From Ranitomeya imitator (taxonomy: Eukaryota), in contig NC_091289.1 in the NCBI RefSeq assembly GCF_032444005.1, positions 63,116,001 through 63,180,000 of the forward strand: 64,000 nt of DNA, given 5' to 3'. The notes under the pieces are model-generated. The model worked only from the letters and a program-made list of their open reading frames with translations. It was not told the DNA's origin and searched no databases. Below are positions 14,003 to 26,635 of the stretch, piece by piece. The translations under genes and the position numbers were made by a program. Each line of letters begins with the position of its first letter. The stretch's first letter is position 1.

Positions 14003-14368
14003 GGGTGCGTGCCCACAATCAGGAATTGCTGCGGGTTTGACGCTGCTTACTCGTAAATACACAGTCAAACCCGCGGCAGCCAAAATGTTACAGCATAGTG
14101 GATGGGATTTCTAGAAAAGTGTGCACAAACACCTGCAGATCGCCCACGGAGACGGACATGCGGCGTGTCTTTCCAGACTGCAGCACGTTAATGTCTCTTG
14201 CTGAGATGCTCAGTCTCCCCAACAGAAATTTAATCAATAAAAATGTATTGAATGCAGTAAATCTGCACGGTTCAGTGATCACATGGGGAATTACCTGCGA
14301 TCAAGAGATGACAGCCAACATACACTGCGTCCAAAGCGCTGCCAATTCCTGATTGTAGGCACGTAGCC
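14003..14368. mobile_element. MITE (Harbinger-type ends)
   Basis: Terminal inverted repeats gggtgcgtgcccacaatcaggaattg / caattcctgattgtaggcacgtagcc. Confidence 0.65.
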
Positions 14369-14756
14369 TCACTGAGTCACACAAGGTTTCAGATGGATGG
14401 ATCCTATGTAACCGTTCTCACAGCGGCGCTACGCTGTCACATCACTGCAATGAACATCTGGTACGCCATGCTGGATTTGGCACAGATCTCAAATACATTT
14501 TTAAAGAACTTCAGCATGAGAATATGGCATTGTTAAAGTGGTTGTCTCCATTTAGAAAAACTTTTCCTATACGCTCCCGATGTCTATGGCACAGGCATCA
14601 TCTTGAAAGCGCTGACGCCAATAATGGAGCTCAGTGTCTGCGCCGATGCTACGAGTACAGTACAGTTTGTTTTTTTCACTACTAATGGAGCTTATAGGAA
14701 AAGCTTTTCTGAAAGGAGACAACCCCTATAAGCTCAGCTTCTTCTTTGACATCAAC

Positions 14757-14762
14757 TTTATT
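14757..14762 (-). terminator. Candidate distal desi1 polyadenylation signal AATAAA
   Basis: Second minus-strand AATAAA downstream of the desi1 stop, in an AU-rich context. Usage is not shown. Confidence 0.4.
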
Positions 14763-15262
14763 TTTAAATTGTACATTTTCCACCTTCAGAGTCAGTATTT
14801 TCTCATCTATCATAGCAGGTGACAACAAATGAACTTCTATTTCAACCCCAACTAGAGATGGTCACACAGCTCCCATAGATTCCTACATGGCACATCTGTC
14901 TAGATGTGAAGAAATACATTTTCCTAGTCTAACTAACCCAACCTGTCATTAGGAAATCTTCCAAAACTCAGCTGACAAACTTTGTGGATGGAAAGTTGTC
15001 TGACCAAATCTGTCATGGACGTGTACGCTGAATGATATGTATTGGCCACAAGTCAGCCCATGGCTGCCGGACGGGACTGAAGACTGGCCCATCAGGGTAC
15101 AATAGTCGGTTGCATAAATTGCTCTCTAACATCAGTTTCTTAACATTAGCCACAAAGCAGCTAGGCCTTTTCGCCTGGAATCTGAACAATCAGGATCTTA
15201 TTTCCTGACAACAATGTAGCATACTGAAACGGTCACGGTATAAAAGATTCTCAGACCTGGAA

Positions 15263-15268
15263 TTTATT
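15263..15268 (-). terminator. Candidate proximal desi1 polyadenylation signal AATAAA
   Basis: First minus-strand AATAAA found downstream of the desi1 stop (~1.9 kb). Confidence 0.4.
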
Positions 15269-15487
15269 TTGTAATGAAGGCCGTTTATGCCAAATTGCAT
15301 AATTCCTTTGTATGCAGAATATGAGGGATTACGAGTTTCCATCTGACACTAGGTTTCTGGGGCGACTACATTACAGTCCCCAAAATGCATTATAAGTGGG
15401 CTATACAGTGCTATAGAGGACTTAGCCCCTATAACAATCACACTATCACGGTGCTAGCTACTGGCACAAATCCTGAGAAAGTACGTT

Positions 15488-15919
15488 CATATGTAAATGA
15501 GGAGGCTTTGGTGCACCCATGGTGTGGCCAAGAGTTTGGCGTACTGTTACGCCTCCTCGTTTACATATTGGGGCCCTTCCTCTGCTTCTGATTGACAGTG
15601 GCCACTTCCCACAGCGAGCACTGGTTGAATGCTGCCAGTGTGTGTGAGCGGCCGTGTGTGCATGTAGTGGCCGGGTGCGTTGTCCTCCAAATCCTTTCTT
15701 CTGATGCTACACTTCCAGGTGTATTAGTGTACGACACCAGAAGAAAGGAGACAGGAGGAGAATGCGCTTGGCAGCACACACACACACACACGGGCAATGC
15801 TCACTCTGGGAAGCAAACAGGAGTGGGGGAACGACCGAATATGCAAATGAGGAGATATAACCCTACACCAAACTCTTGGCCACACCAGGGGTGCACTGAA
15901 CCCTCCTCATCTGCATATG
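15488..15919. mobile_element. MITE-like inverted repeat with ~82-bp arms in the putative desi1 3' UTR
   Basis: 15488-15569 is the near reverse complement of 15838-15919. Confidence 0.75.
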
Positions 15920-17173
15920 ACTTAAGGTTTTTTTTTTTTTTTCTTAGGCTCAGTAACAAGTACAGTGCTAGTATGGTTGCTATATGGGACAAATCCCCTA
16001 TAACACCGTATAACCTACCGTATTTAAAATGAATTTTGGGTGCGATGGGCTCCTTTTAAAATTATAGGAAAAACGGGTGTCAAGTTGTCAAACTTTCTGG
16101 CTTCTTTACTACTTAGAAAATTGTCTGACAACAAACTAAACATCCGCACCATCAAGATGACCAACACAACACACGTGATACATAGTGGTGTACTATGTGC
16201 CAGTATGAGGGAGTGTAGCATGGAGGTCGTGTAGTAACAAAATGCCAATAAATGTGAATAATAAAATGAGAGATAACTTACATTAAAAATTAACTTTCAG
16301 AAAAACAACTGCTCTGTAAATGTGGAAAAAAAACACTGAAGGACGATTTTACTGCACTTCATCATCCTGTCTTTACTGAACAATGAAGGAGCAAAGTTCA
16401 AATACTCAACGTTCAAGATGAAAAATTGCCCTCGCAGCTCGGAAAACACTGAACGCCATGGATTGTTTGTGTGCACATCGGCCCCAGGCTCCGGTTTATG
16501 GCCGTGTGACATAACCTGAACTAGTATACTGTATGGCCTAGGATCCCGAATGAAAGCTTACATCCTATAGCATCTGTGGGAACAACCATTCTCCCGGTGC
16601 AATGCTGTAAAAAAACACATTCTCCCCTTCTTACTCACTCAAGAATATCAACCTCGCGTACAAACTCAACAAGCTCTGATCCTTCATCTAGTAAGTTTTA
16701 TAGGAAAAATAAAATTGAGGGGAATATAAAAGGTGGCAAAACCAAGGACTTTGTAGGCAGTCTATTTTACCTCTAAGGTTCTGTAGGACACCACAATGAA
16801 CATCTAGACCAATAGACCCCGGCGGCGCCCAATGAACCACATTGACATAAAATAGGGTTTGTCACATTCTGCCAAGGTGTCAGTCATTTTAGTGGGAAAA
16901 CTAGCGCTGTATGCATCACTGAACTTTTGAGAACCCGCATTAGTGGACATGGCCTGACCGGGTTCTGCCCCATACACGTAGTTCTGTTTCCATATAATGT
17001 TGGGTTAATGATGCCACTTAAACAACGAAGAACATTCAGAATATATTCTAATGTCCTACTGCAAAGGGTGAATCTAATAAAACAAAGAAAAATTAGGGTC
17101 AGAATTAAATAATTAAAAGTACATTAAGTTAAAAAGCAGGTCATTGCCCATGTTGGAGAGCTGCGTATTCTGG

Positions 17174-17267
17174 TTAGCTTGGTCCATTGTGCCTGTTAAA
17201 GCTGTTCCCCCCAGGTGGTTGAATTTGAACAGAATCCAAGAGAGGACGGAGGGCTTGTCCGAAAGGT
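17174..17267 (-). CDS. desi1: desi1 exon 6 (coding part): [30 protein letters not shown]
   Basis: Acceptor ttttcccttccag|, matches the DESI1 C-terminus, stop TAA at 17174-17176. Confidence 0.96.
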
Positions 17268-18179
17268 CTGGAAGGGAAAAAATAAATAAATAAAATCAGT
17301 GATTAATTTCATAATAAAGGTTTTCCTTCCAAGCTAAAGTGGAGGTCTGAAGCTGCGGGGAGCCTACGAAATGTCCCTTTAAAGACAAAACAGAACAAGT
17401 AATTATGATCTGCAAAACGTACCCGAAAATAAAAAAATTTAATATATATTTTAAAGTATTAAGTTAAAGGGGCCGAATAATATTGCACGCCCCACTTTTC
17501 AGCTTTAGAATTTTCACAAAAATTTAACCCCTTCACCCCAAAGCCTGTTTTCACCTAAGTGACAGGGCCAATTTTTACAATTCTGACCACTGTCACTTTA
17601 TGAGGTCATAACTCTGAAACGCTTCAACGGATCCTGGTGATTCTGACATTGTTTTCTCGTGACATATTGTACTTCATGATAGTGGTAAAACTTCTTCGAT
17701 ATGACTTGCATTTATTTGTGAAAAAAACAAAAATTTGTTGGAAATTATGAAAATTTAGCAATTTTCAAACTTAGTTTTTATGCCCTTAAATTAGAGAGTT
17801 ATATCACATAATATAGTTAATAAATAACATTTCCCACATGTCTGCTTTACATCAGCACAATTTTGGAAACATAATTTTTTTTTGTTAGGACGTTATAAGG
17901 GTTAAAAGTTGACCAGCGATTTCTCATTTTTGCAACAAAATTTGCAAAACCATTTTTTTACGGACCACCTCACACTTGAAGTGACTTTGAGGGGTCTATA
18001 TGACAGAAAATGCCCAAAAGTGACACCATTCTAAAAACTGCACCCCTCAAGGTACTCAAAACCACATTCAAAAAGTTTATTAACCCTTCACAGGTGCTTC
18101 ACAGGAATTTTTTGAATGTTTAAAAAAATTGAACATTTAACTTTTTTTTCACAAAATTTTTACTTCAGGTCCAATTTGT

Positions 18180-19590
18180 TTCATTTTACCAAGGGTAACA
18201 GGAGAAATTGGACCACAAAAGTCGTTGTACAATTTGTCCTGAGTACGCCGATACCCCATATGTGGGGGTAAACCACTGTTTGGGCACATGGCAGAGCTCG
18301 GAAGGGAAGGAGCGCCATTTGACTTTTCAATGCAAGATTTGCTGGAATTGAGATCGGAGCCCATGTCACGATTGGAGAGCCCCTGATGTGCCTAAACAGT
18401 GGAAACCCCCCACAAGTGACACCATTTTGGAAAGTAGACCCCCTAAGGAACTAATCTAGATGTGTGGTGAGCACTTTGAACCTCCAAGTGCTTCACAGAA
18501 GTTTATAATGTAGAGCCGTAAAAAAAATTTTATATTAATTTTCACAAAAAATGATCTTTTTGCCCCAAATTTTTTATTTTCCCAAGGGTAACAGGATAAA
18601 TTGGACCCCAAAAGTTGTTGTGCAATTTGTCCTGAGTACGCCGATACTTCATATATGGGGATAAACCACTGTTTGAGCGCATGGCAGAGCTCGGAAGGGA
18701 AGGAGTGCCATTTGACTTTTCAATGCAAAATTGGCTGGAATTGAGATCGGACGCCATGTCGCATTTGGAGAGCCCCTGACGTGCCTTAACAGTGGAAACC
18801 CCCCACAAGTGACCCCATTTTGGAAAGTAGACCCCCTAAGGAACTTATCTAGATGTGTGGTGAGCACTTTTAACCCCCAATTGTTTCACTAAAGTTTAGA
18901 ATGTAGCATTGTGAAAATTAAAAAAAACATTTTTTCTTTCCACAAAATGATGTTTTAGCCCGCAATTTTTTTTTCCCCAAGGGTAACAGGAGAAATTGGA
19001 CCACAAATGTTATTGTCCAATTTGTCCTGAGTACGCTGATACCCCACATGTGGGGGGGAACCACCGTTTGAGTGCATGGCAGAGCTCGGAAGGGAAGGAG
19101 CACCGTTTGAAATGCAGACTTAGATGGATTGGTCTGCAGGCGTCACGTTGCATTTGCAGAGCCCCTGATGTACCTAAACAGTAGAAACCCCACACAAGTG
19201 ACCCCATATTGGAAACTAGACCCCCCAAGGAACTTATCTAGATGTGTTGTGAAAGCTTTGAACCAACAAGTGTTTCACTACAGTTTATAACGCAGAGCCG
19301 TGAAAATAAAAAATATTTTTTTTCCACGAAAATGATATTTTATCCCCTATGTTTTTATTTTCCCAAGGGTAACAGGACAAATTGGACCCCAAAAGTTGTT
19401 GTCCAACTTGTCCTGAGAACGCTGATATCCCATATGTTGGGGGGAACCACTGTTTGGGCACACAGGAGAACGCGGAAGGGAAGTAGCACTGTTTTAGTTT
19501 TTCAAAGCAGAATTGGCTGGAATTGAGATCGGACGCCATGTTGCGTTTGGAGAGCCCCTGATGTGCCTAAACAGTGGAAACCCCCAATTA
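18180..19590. repeat. Internal tandem repeat, ~390-bp unit x ~4, inside the piggyBac-like element
   Basis: ccaagggtaacagga recurs at ~18190, 18580, 18975 and 19360. Confidence 0.9.
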
Positions 19591-19597
19591 TAACTGA

Positions 19598-19647
19598 AAC
19601 CCTAACCCCAACCCTAGCCCTAACTCTAGCCCTAGCCCTAACCCTAA
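19598..19647. repeat. Degenerate telomere-like (CCCTAA/CCCTAG)n tract
   Basis: aaccctaaccccaaccctagccctaactctagccctagccctaaccctaa. Confidence 0.85.
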
Positions 19648-21688
19648 TGGGAAAATGGAAATACATTTTTTTACATTTAATTATTTTTCCCTAACTAAGG
19701 GGGTGATGAAGGGGGGGTTTGATGTACTTTTATAGCGTTTTTTTTGGCGGATTTTTATGATTGGCAGCTGTCACACACTAAAAGACGCTTTTTAATGCAA
19801 AAAATAGTTTTTGCATCACCACATTTTGAGAGCTATAATTTATCCATATTTTGGTCCACAGTCATGTGAGATCTTGTTTTTTGCGGGACGAGTTGACGTT
19901 TTTATTGGTAACATTTTCGGGCAGATGACATTTTTTGATCGCTTTTTATTCCGATTTTTGGGAGGCGGAATGAACAAAAACCAGCAATTCCTGAATTTCT
20001 TTTAGGGGGGGCGTTTATACCGTTCCACGATTGGTAAAATGGATAAAGCAGTTTTATTCTTCAGGTCAGTACGATTACAGCGACACCTCATTTATGTAAT
20101 TTTTTTTATGTTTTGGCGCTTTTACACAATAAAAACTATTTTATATAAAAAAATAATTGTTTTTGCATCGCATTATTCTGAGAGCTATAACTTTTTTATT
20201 TTTCTGCTGATGATGCTGTATGGCGGCTTTTTTTTTGCGGGACAAGATGACGTTTTCAGCGGTACCATGGTTATTTATATCCGTCGTTTTGATCGCGTGT
20301 TTTTTTTTTTTTTTTGTTCGCCTGTATGATAATAAAGCAATGTTTTTTGCCTGGTTTTTTTATTTATTTTTTTTGCGGTGTTCACTGAAGGGATTAACTA
20401 GTGGGATAGTTTTATAGAGCGGGTCTTTACGGACACGGCGATACCAAATATGTGTACATTTATTGTTTTTTTTTTTATTTACATAAATAAATGGATTTAT
20501 TGGGAAATGTTTTGTTTTTTTTTATTTGGGGATTTTTTTTTTTTTTTTACACATTCTATTTTTTTTATTTTTTTTAACTTTCTAACATTGTCCCAGGGTG
20601 GGATATCTCTGTATTAGATCAGATCGTTGATCTGACAGTGTGCATAGCACACTGTCAGATCAACGATCTGACAGGCAGCTTAGCCGGCTTTCCAGCGCCT
20701 GCTCTCAGCAGGCGCCGGCTAGCCAGGTCATTTCATGACCCGGAAGGAGTCCGGCGGCCATCTTGGATCCGGGGACTCCTTCCAGGTCACTGGAGCAACG
20801 CGATCTCATTGCGTTGCTCCGGTGGGAGAGCGCAGGGAGCCCCCGTCCCTGCGCGATCCCCCTCTATGCCGCTGTCACTACTGACAGCGGCATCAGAGGG
20901 GTTAAATGCCCGCGATCGGCGATAGCGCCGATCGTGGGCATTGCTGCGAGGTGTCAGCTGTCATATACAGCTGACACCCGCACCCGATCACCGCGGCACT
21001 CAGCGCGAGACCGCGGTGATCGGTGCGCCGTACTTGTACTGCTGCTGGCACAAATGCAGTGCCGGCAGCGCAGTACTAGTACAGCGAGTGGCGCGAAGGG
21101 GTTAAAATAGCCAATAAATTTAGTTCAACTTCACAATTGTATTCCACTTGTTGTTGATTCTTCACCAAAAATGTACATTTGGTATCTTTATGTTTGAAGC
21201 ATGATATGTGGGAAAAGAATGCAAAGTTCCAGGGAGGCGAATACTTTAGCAAGGCACGGTATACACTGCTCAAAAAAAATAAAGGGAACACTGAAATCCC
21301 ACATCCTAGAAATCAGTTCATGAAATATTTCTGTTGTAACTCTTAATTCATTACATAGTGGAATGTGTTGAGAGCAATAAAACATAAAAATGATCAATGT
21401 AAATCAAAATGAATATCCCATGGAGGTCTGGAATTTAAATGATACTCAAAATCAAAGTGGAAAATCAAATTACTGGCTGATCCAACTTCAGTGGAAATGC
21501 TTCAAGACAAGGAAATGATGCTCAGTAGTGTGTGCGGCCTCCACGTGCCAACGCCTGGGCATTCTCCTGATGAGGCGGCGGATGGTCTCCTGAGGGATCT
21601 CCTCCCAGACCTGGACTAAAGCATCCGCCAACTCCTGGACAGTCTGTGGTGCAATGTGACGTTGGTGGATGGTGAGGGACATAATGTC

Positions 21689-22491
21689 TGTTGTGAATTC
21701 TGTTGTCGGGCTCCCTCCTGTGGTCATGAATGGTACTTCGGCTGGTTGTCCATGGACTTCCTCTGGTGGGTGTTTCTGAGTTTCCTTCCACAGGTGACGA
21801 GGTTAATTCGTTAGCTGGCTGCTCTATTTAACTCCACTTAGATCTTTGCTCCATGCCACCTGTCAATGTTCCAGTATTGGTCTAGTTCACTCCTGGATCG
21901 TTCTTGTGACCTGTCTTCCCAGCAGAAGCTAAGTTCCAGCTTGCATTTCTTTGGTTTGCTATTTTTCTGTCCAGCTTGCTATTTTTATTGTTGTCTTGCT
22001 TGCTGGAAGCTCTGGGACGCAGAGGGAGCGCCTCCGCACCGTGAGTCGGTGCGGAGGGTCTTTTTGCACCCTCTGCGTGGTCTTTTTGTAGGTTTTTGTG
22101 CTGACCGCAAAGTAACCTTTCCTATCCTCGGTCTGTTCAGTAAGTCGGGCCTCACTTTGCTAAATCTATTTCATCTCTGTGTTTGTATTTTCATCTTTAC
22201 TCACAGTCATATGTGGGGGGGCTGCCTTTTCCTTTGGGGAATGTCTCTGAGGCAAGGTAGGCTTTATTTTTCTATCTTCAGGGCTAGCTAGTTCCTTAGG
22301 CTGTGCCGAGTTGCATAGGGAGCGTTAGGCGCAATCCACGGCTATTTCTAGTGTGTTTGATAGGATTAGGGATTGCGGTCAGCAGAGTTCCCACGTCCCA
22401 GAGCTCGTCCTTTATTATCAGTAACTATCAGGTCATTCCGTGTGCTCTTAACCACCAGGTCCATTATTGTCCTGACCACCAGGTCATAACA
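21689..22491 (+). mobile_element. Solo LTR (Gypsy, Tf1/sushi-like family)
   Basis: TGTTGTG...CATAACA ends, TATA-like tatttaa, imperfect 6-bp flanking repeat AATGTC/GATGTC, homologous to the LTR at 59404-60199. Confidence 0.85.
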
Positions 22492-23137
22492 GATGTCCCA
22501 GATGTGCTCAATAGGATTCTGGTCTGAGGAATGGGTGCGCCAGTACATAGCTTCAATGCCTTAATCTTGCAGGAACTGCTGACACACTCCAGCCACATGA
22601 GATCTGGCATTGTCCTGCATTAGGAGGAACCCAGGGCCAACCGCACCAGCATATGGTCTCACAAAGGGTCTGAGGATCTCATCTTGGTACCTAATGGCAG
22701 TCCGGCTACCTCTGGCAAGCACATGGAGGGCTGTACGGCCCTCCAAAGGAATGCCACCCCACATCATTACTGACCTCACATGTGCTCAGTGTGAACCTGC
22801 TTTCATCTATGAAGAGCACAGTGCGCCAGTGGCGAATTTGTCAATCCTGGTGTTCTGTGGCAAATGCCAAGCATCCTGCACGGTGTTGGGCTGTGAGCAC
22901 AACCCAAATCTGTGGACGTCGGGCGCGCAGACCATCCTCATGGAGTCGGTTTCTAACTCTTTGTGCAGACACATGCACATTTGTGGCCTGCTGGAGGTCA
23001 TTTTGCAGGGCTCTGGCAGTGCTCCTCATGTTCCTCCTTGCACAAAGGAGGTTGTTGCCCTCCTACGGCCCCCTCCATATCTCCTGGTGTACTCGCCTGT
23101 CTCCTGGTAGCGCCTCCAGCCTGTGGACACTACACTG

Positions 23138-23559
23138 TAGAAAAAGATAGCGTGAGCATAACTAGCAGGGGGTGCAAAGGTTAGGTTCCCAAACCATACA
23201 GACAGTAAGTAAAAAACCTAGCACTCAACTTAAATGTATTTAGCCTTGAAGAAACTCGTTAATCAGCAAGTAATAGCTGTAGATACTACATAAATAGTAG
23301 TGGACTAGCGGTGGACTCCGCATCTGGAAGCACGACTGCTCAAGGAACTACTATTCTGTATCTAGTATCTACAGCTATTACTTGCTGATTAACGAGTTTC
23401 TCCAAGGCTAAATACCTACAGAATAACAGATGTATATCTACCTTCTGCACATTAGTTATACGTAACTGATGAAGGTCGCTACGGACCGAAACGTTTTGTG
23501 TATACTACAATAAATATTACAGCAAATACATTTAAGTTGAGTTCTAGGTTTTTTACTTA
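23138..23559 (+). mobile_element. Penelope-like element fragment with inverted terminal structure
   Basis: 17-bp target duplication ctgtggacactac(a/g)ctg (23121-23137, 23560-23576), internal inverted repeats, hammerhead motif and AATAAA. Confidence 0.78.
23457..23504 (+). ncRNA. Minimal type I hammerhead ribozyme motif
   Basis: Helix I TATACGTAA/TTGTGTATA (two G-U pairs), core CTGATGA 23466-23472, helix II GGTC/GACC, GAAA 23488-23491, minimal helix III CG and a GUU site. Confidence 0.78.
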
Positions 23560-23968
23560 CTGTGGACACTACGCTGACAGACACAGCAAACCTTCTTGCC
23601 ACAGCTCGCATTGATGTGCCATCCTGGATGAGCTGCACTACCTGAGCCACTTGTGTGGGCTGTAGAGTCCGTCTCATGCTACCACGAGTGTGAAAGCACA
23701 ACCAACAGTCAAAAGTGACCAAAACATCAGCCGGAAAGCATTGGTACTGAGATGTGGTCTGTGGTCCCCACCTGCAGGACCACTCCTTTATTGAGTGTGT
23801 CTTGATAATTGCCAATCATTTCCATCTGTTTTCTATTCCATTTACCACAACAGCATGTGAAATTGATTGTTAAACAGTGTTGCTTCCTAAGTGGATAGTT
23901 TGATTTCACAGAAGTTTGATTTACCTGGAGTGATATTCTGTTTAAGTGTTCCCTTTACTTTTTTGAGC

Positions 23969-23972
<4 letters not shown>

Positions 23973-24000
<28 letters not shown>
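23973..24000. repeat. (TG)n microsatellite
   Basis: Read directly. Confidence 0.95.
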
Positions 24001-24006
<6 letters not shown>

Positions 24007-24588
24007 GTTGCTAACTACCTGCCTGCTCTACCCAGTGTCGGCACGGTGGTTATTCACTGTTCCTGACGGCGATTCAGCTGCTCTACTTCAACAGAGCTGC
24101 TCTTCTTAAGGGCTGATGACGACAGGGTGTGACGGCTGATGTCAGACTGATAGGCAGCAGTGAGTTAGCTTTCCATCTTCATGACGTCAGCAGTCACTCC
24201 CCGTCAACAGAGCTGAGTGGAGGAGAAGACTCTGCTGTCAACGTGATGTCAGCGGAAGCTGCTGAATCAAATTCAGGAATGGTCAGTGACTGCCTTGTAC
24301 CGGCAGAGATCGGCACAATACACAGATAGATAACTACCTGCCTTTTAGTTCTGAGACCATCTCACCCAACAAATGGGCGTTTTGCTCATGTTTTCACAAT
24401 AAAGCCATATGAAGTAGTGGTTCAGCTCACACAGAGTTACCGGGGAAAATACTGGCTATTTGAAATATATGTTAAAATGCTCATTAGTCTATCAGGTTGT
24501 CAATGGCCACTCTGTAAATATCAAGTTATCATGTTAATAAATTGCTAAAAAGCAAACAAAAAACCCCACAGACAACATATATACTCAC

Positions 24589-24711
24589 GTAGACAGGACT
24601 TCAGAAGGCAGCTCGGTGATATATGAGGGAATCTTCCTCCCCGTTAGAAACTGAGCGACTTCATTGCTAAAGGTGTTGCAGTTGTGATCAAACAAATGGT
24701 AGGACTCCCCA
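24589..24711 (-). CDS. desi1: desi1 exon 5: [41 protein letters not shown] (catalytic Cys in NCN)
   Basis: 123 nt, cag| acceptor and |gtgagt donor, PPPDE NCN.FS motif. Confidence 0.97.
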
Positions 24712-24764
24712 CTGTGGTGACACAGAATATAACAGCGGCTATAAAAACTAGCATGGCTTAAGAT

Positions 24765-25144
24765 ATTAGGACCATCCATAATTTGCATAGTTTTAGGCGC
24801 TCGCTCAAAACACATTTGTTCAGAGCGGCCTATCACGTTCACTAATCAAAGTCATGTTATGTTTGTGTGTGTGTAGCCCATTCACTATCCCCATCTATTC
24901 CCCAACCCCTGAAGATGGCTGGACCATCATTGTAAATACATCATTGTAAATACACACCTGTACTTTGTATCTCCCCCACCTCATTGTAGATTGTAAGCTC
25001 TCACGAGCAGGGTCGTCTTATTTTGCTTTAATTATTGTATTGTTAACGTTGTTACTTATGACTTTTGTGTTTGAAACTGTTAAACTGTAAAGCGCTGCGG
25101 AATATGTTGGCGCTATATAAATAAAGATTATTATTATTATTTAT
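24765..25144 (+). mobile_element. L2 LINE 3' fragment
   Basis: ORF end [14 protein letters not shown], 3' stem-loop agcgctgcggaatatgttggcgct, AATAAA and (ATT)n tail. Confidence 0.85.
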
Positions 25145-25315
25145 GAATGACAAACACGACAATAGGAGCAGCAAAAGTGAACACACCCCGAAAAGGGATC
25201 AGACCTGGAGGAGTTTTCCAGTAAATTTCTTTTGTAGTAGGCGAGACTGAAACTTCCACAGGTTTAGAAAAAACAAGATCTGTAAGCTCTGCCTGCTCTG
25301 TATAGTGATCAGCTG

Positions 25316-25615
25316 AGCCACGCAGTGCCAAAGGGCACCCGAGCCACGCAGTGCCCGAGGGAGCCCGAGCCACGCAGTGCCAAGGGGCGCCACAGCCACG
25401 CAGTGCCAAGGGGCGCCACAGCCACGCAGTGCCAAGGGGCGCCACAGCCACGCAGTGCCAAGGGGCGCCACAGCCACGCAGTGCCAAGGGGCGCCACAGC
25501 CACGCAGTGCCAAGGGGCGCCACAGCCACGCAGTGCCAAAGGGCGCCACAGCCACGCAGTGCCAAAGGGCGCCACAGCCACGCAGTGCCAAAGGGCGCCA
25601 CAGCCACGCAGTGCC
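25316..25615. repeat. 26-bp GC-rich minisatellite (cacagccacgcagtgccaaggggcgc) x ~11.5
   Basis: Read directly; it explains the overlapping repetitive ORFs. Confidence 0.95.
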
Positions 25616-25883
25616 TGAGGACGCCTGATGCGGTCCTGAAGGGAACGTCTGCACAGAACGGGTGCAAGTTTATGGCAAACTTCTCAGACATTACATTTAA
25701 GGATTTCCTCCTGAATACGAATGTTGTGATCACAACCAATAGTTTTGTTACTGTAGATGCCAATACCATTTTTTTATGGTGCGCAATATCTGTAAACCTT
25801 TAAAGGGAACCTGTTATTAGGTTTTTTTTACCCCACACTGACGCCATGTATGTACAGGAGCGGTGACTCAGATTACATCCTTA

Positions 25884-26635
25884 AGGTACCGTCACATTTA
25901 GCGACACTGCAGCGATATAGACAACAATGCCGATTGCTGCAGCATCGTTGTTTAGGTCGTTGTGTGGTCGCTGGAGAGCTGTCACACAGACAGCTCTCCA
26001 GCGACCAACGATGCCGAAGTCCCCGGGTAACCAGGGTAAACATCGGGTTACTAAGCGCAGGGCCGCGCTTAGTAACCCGATGTTTACTCTGGTTACCATT
26101 GTAAAAGTTAAAAAACAAAAACACACAGTACATACTCACATTCCGGTGTCTGTCACGTTCCCCGGCGTCAGCTTCCCGCACTGACTGTGTCAGCGCCGGT
26201 CGGCCGTAAAGCAGAGCACAGCGGTGATGTCACCGCTCTGCTTTACGGCCAGCCGGCGCTGACACAGTCAGTGCGGGAAGCTGACGCCGGGGAACGTGAC
26301 AGACACCGGTATGTGAGTATGTACTGTTTGTTTTTTTAACTTTTACAATGGTAACCAGGGTAAACATCGGGTTACTAAGCGCGGCCCTGCGCTTAGTAAC
26401 CCAATATTTACCCTGGTTACCAGTGAACACAACGCTGGATCGGCGTCACACACGCCGATCCAGCGATGACAACGACCAAAAAAAAAGGTCCTGATCATTC
26501 CCAGCGACCAACGATCTCCCAGCAGGGGCCTGATCGTTGGTCGCTGTCACGCATAACGATTTAGTTAACGATATCGTTGCTACGTCACAAAAAGCAACGA
26601 TATCGTTAATGAAATCCTTATGTGTGAAGGTACCT
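25884..26635. mobile_element. Palindromic non-autonomous DNA transposon (MITE), copy 1
   Basis: aggtaccgtcac...gtgaaggtacct ends in TTA/TAA context. Internal mirrored hairpins (ggtaaccagggtaaacatcgggttactaagcgc...). Confidence 0.8.

Larger units (their letters stand above)
17528..21101. mobile_element. Large non-autonomous piggyBac-like element (~3.57 kb)
   Basis: TTAA|CCCCTT...AAGGGG|TTAA ends with TTAA duplicated (17524-17527, 21102-21105). No transposase ORF. Confidence 0.82.
17465..21259 (+). mobile_element. Tc1-like right inverted-repeat remnant split by the piggyBac-like insertion
   Basis: 17465-17527 and 21102-21259 join at TTAA into a continuous Tc1-type right end finishing gcaaggcacgg|TA. 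Confidence 0.7.
21264..23974 (-). mobile_element. Near full-length defective Tc1-like transposon interrupted by an LTR and a Penelope-like insert
   Basis: TIRs cactgctcaaaaaaaataaagggaacac / gtgttccctttacttttttgagca. Minus-strand transposase pieces [43 protein letters not shown] and NPIEHIWD. Confidence 0.92.

Noticed and set aside
25137-25803. Overlapping ORFs up to 210 aa
   Set aside because: Produced by the stop-free 26-bp minisatellite; the unique flanks show no recognisable protein.
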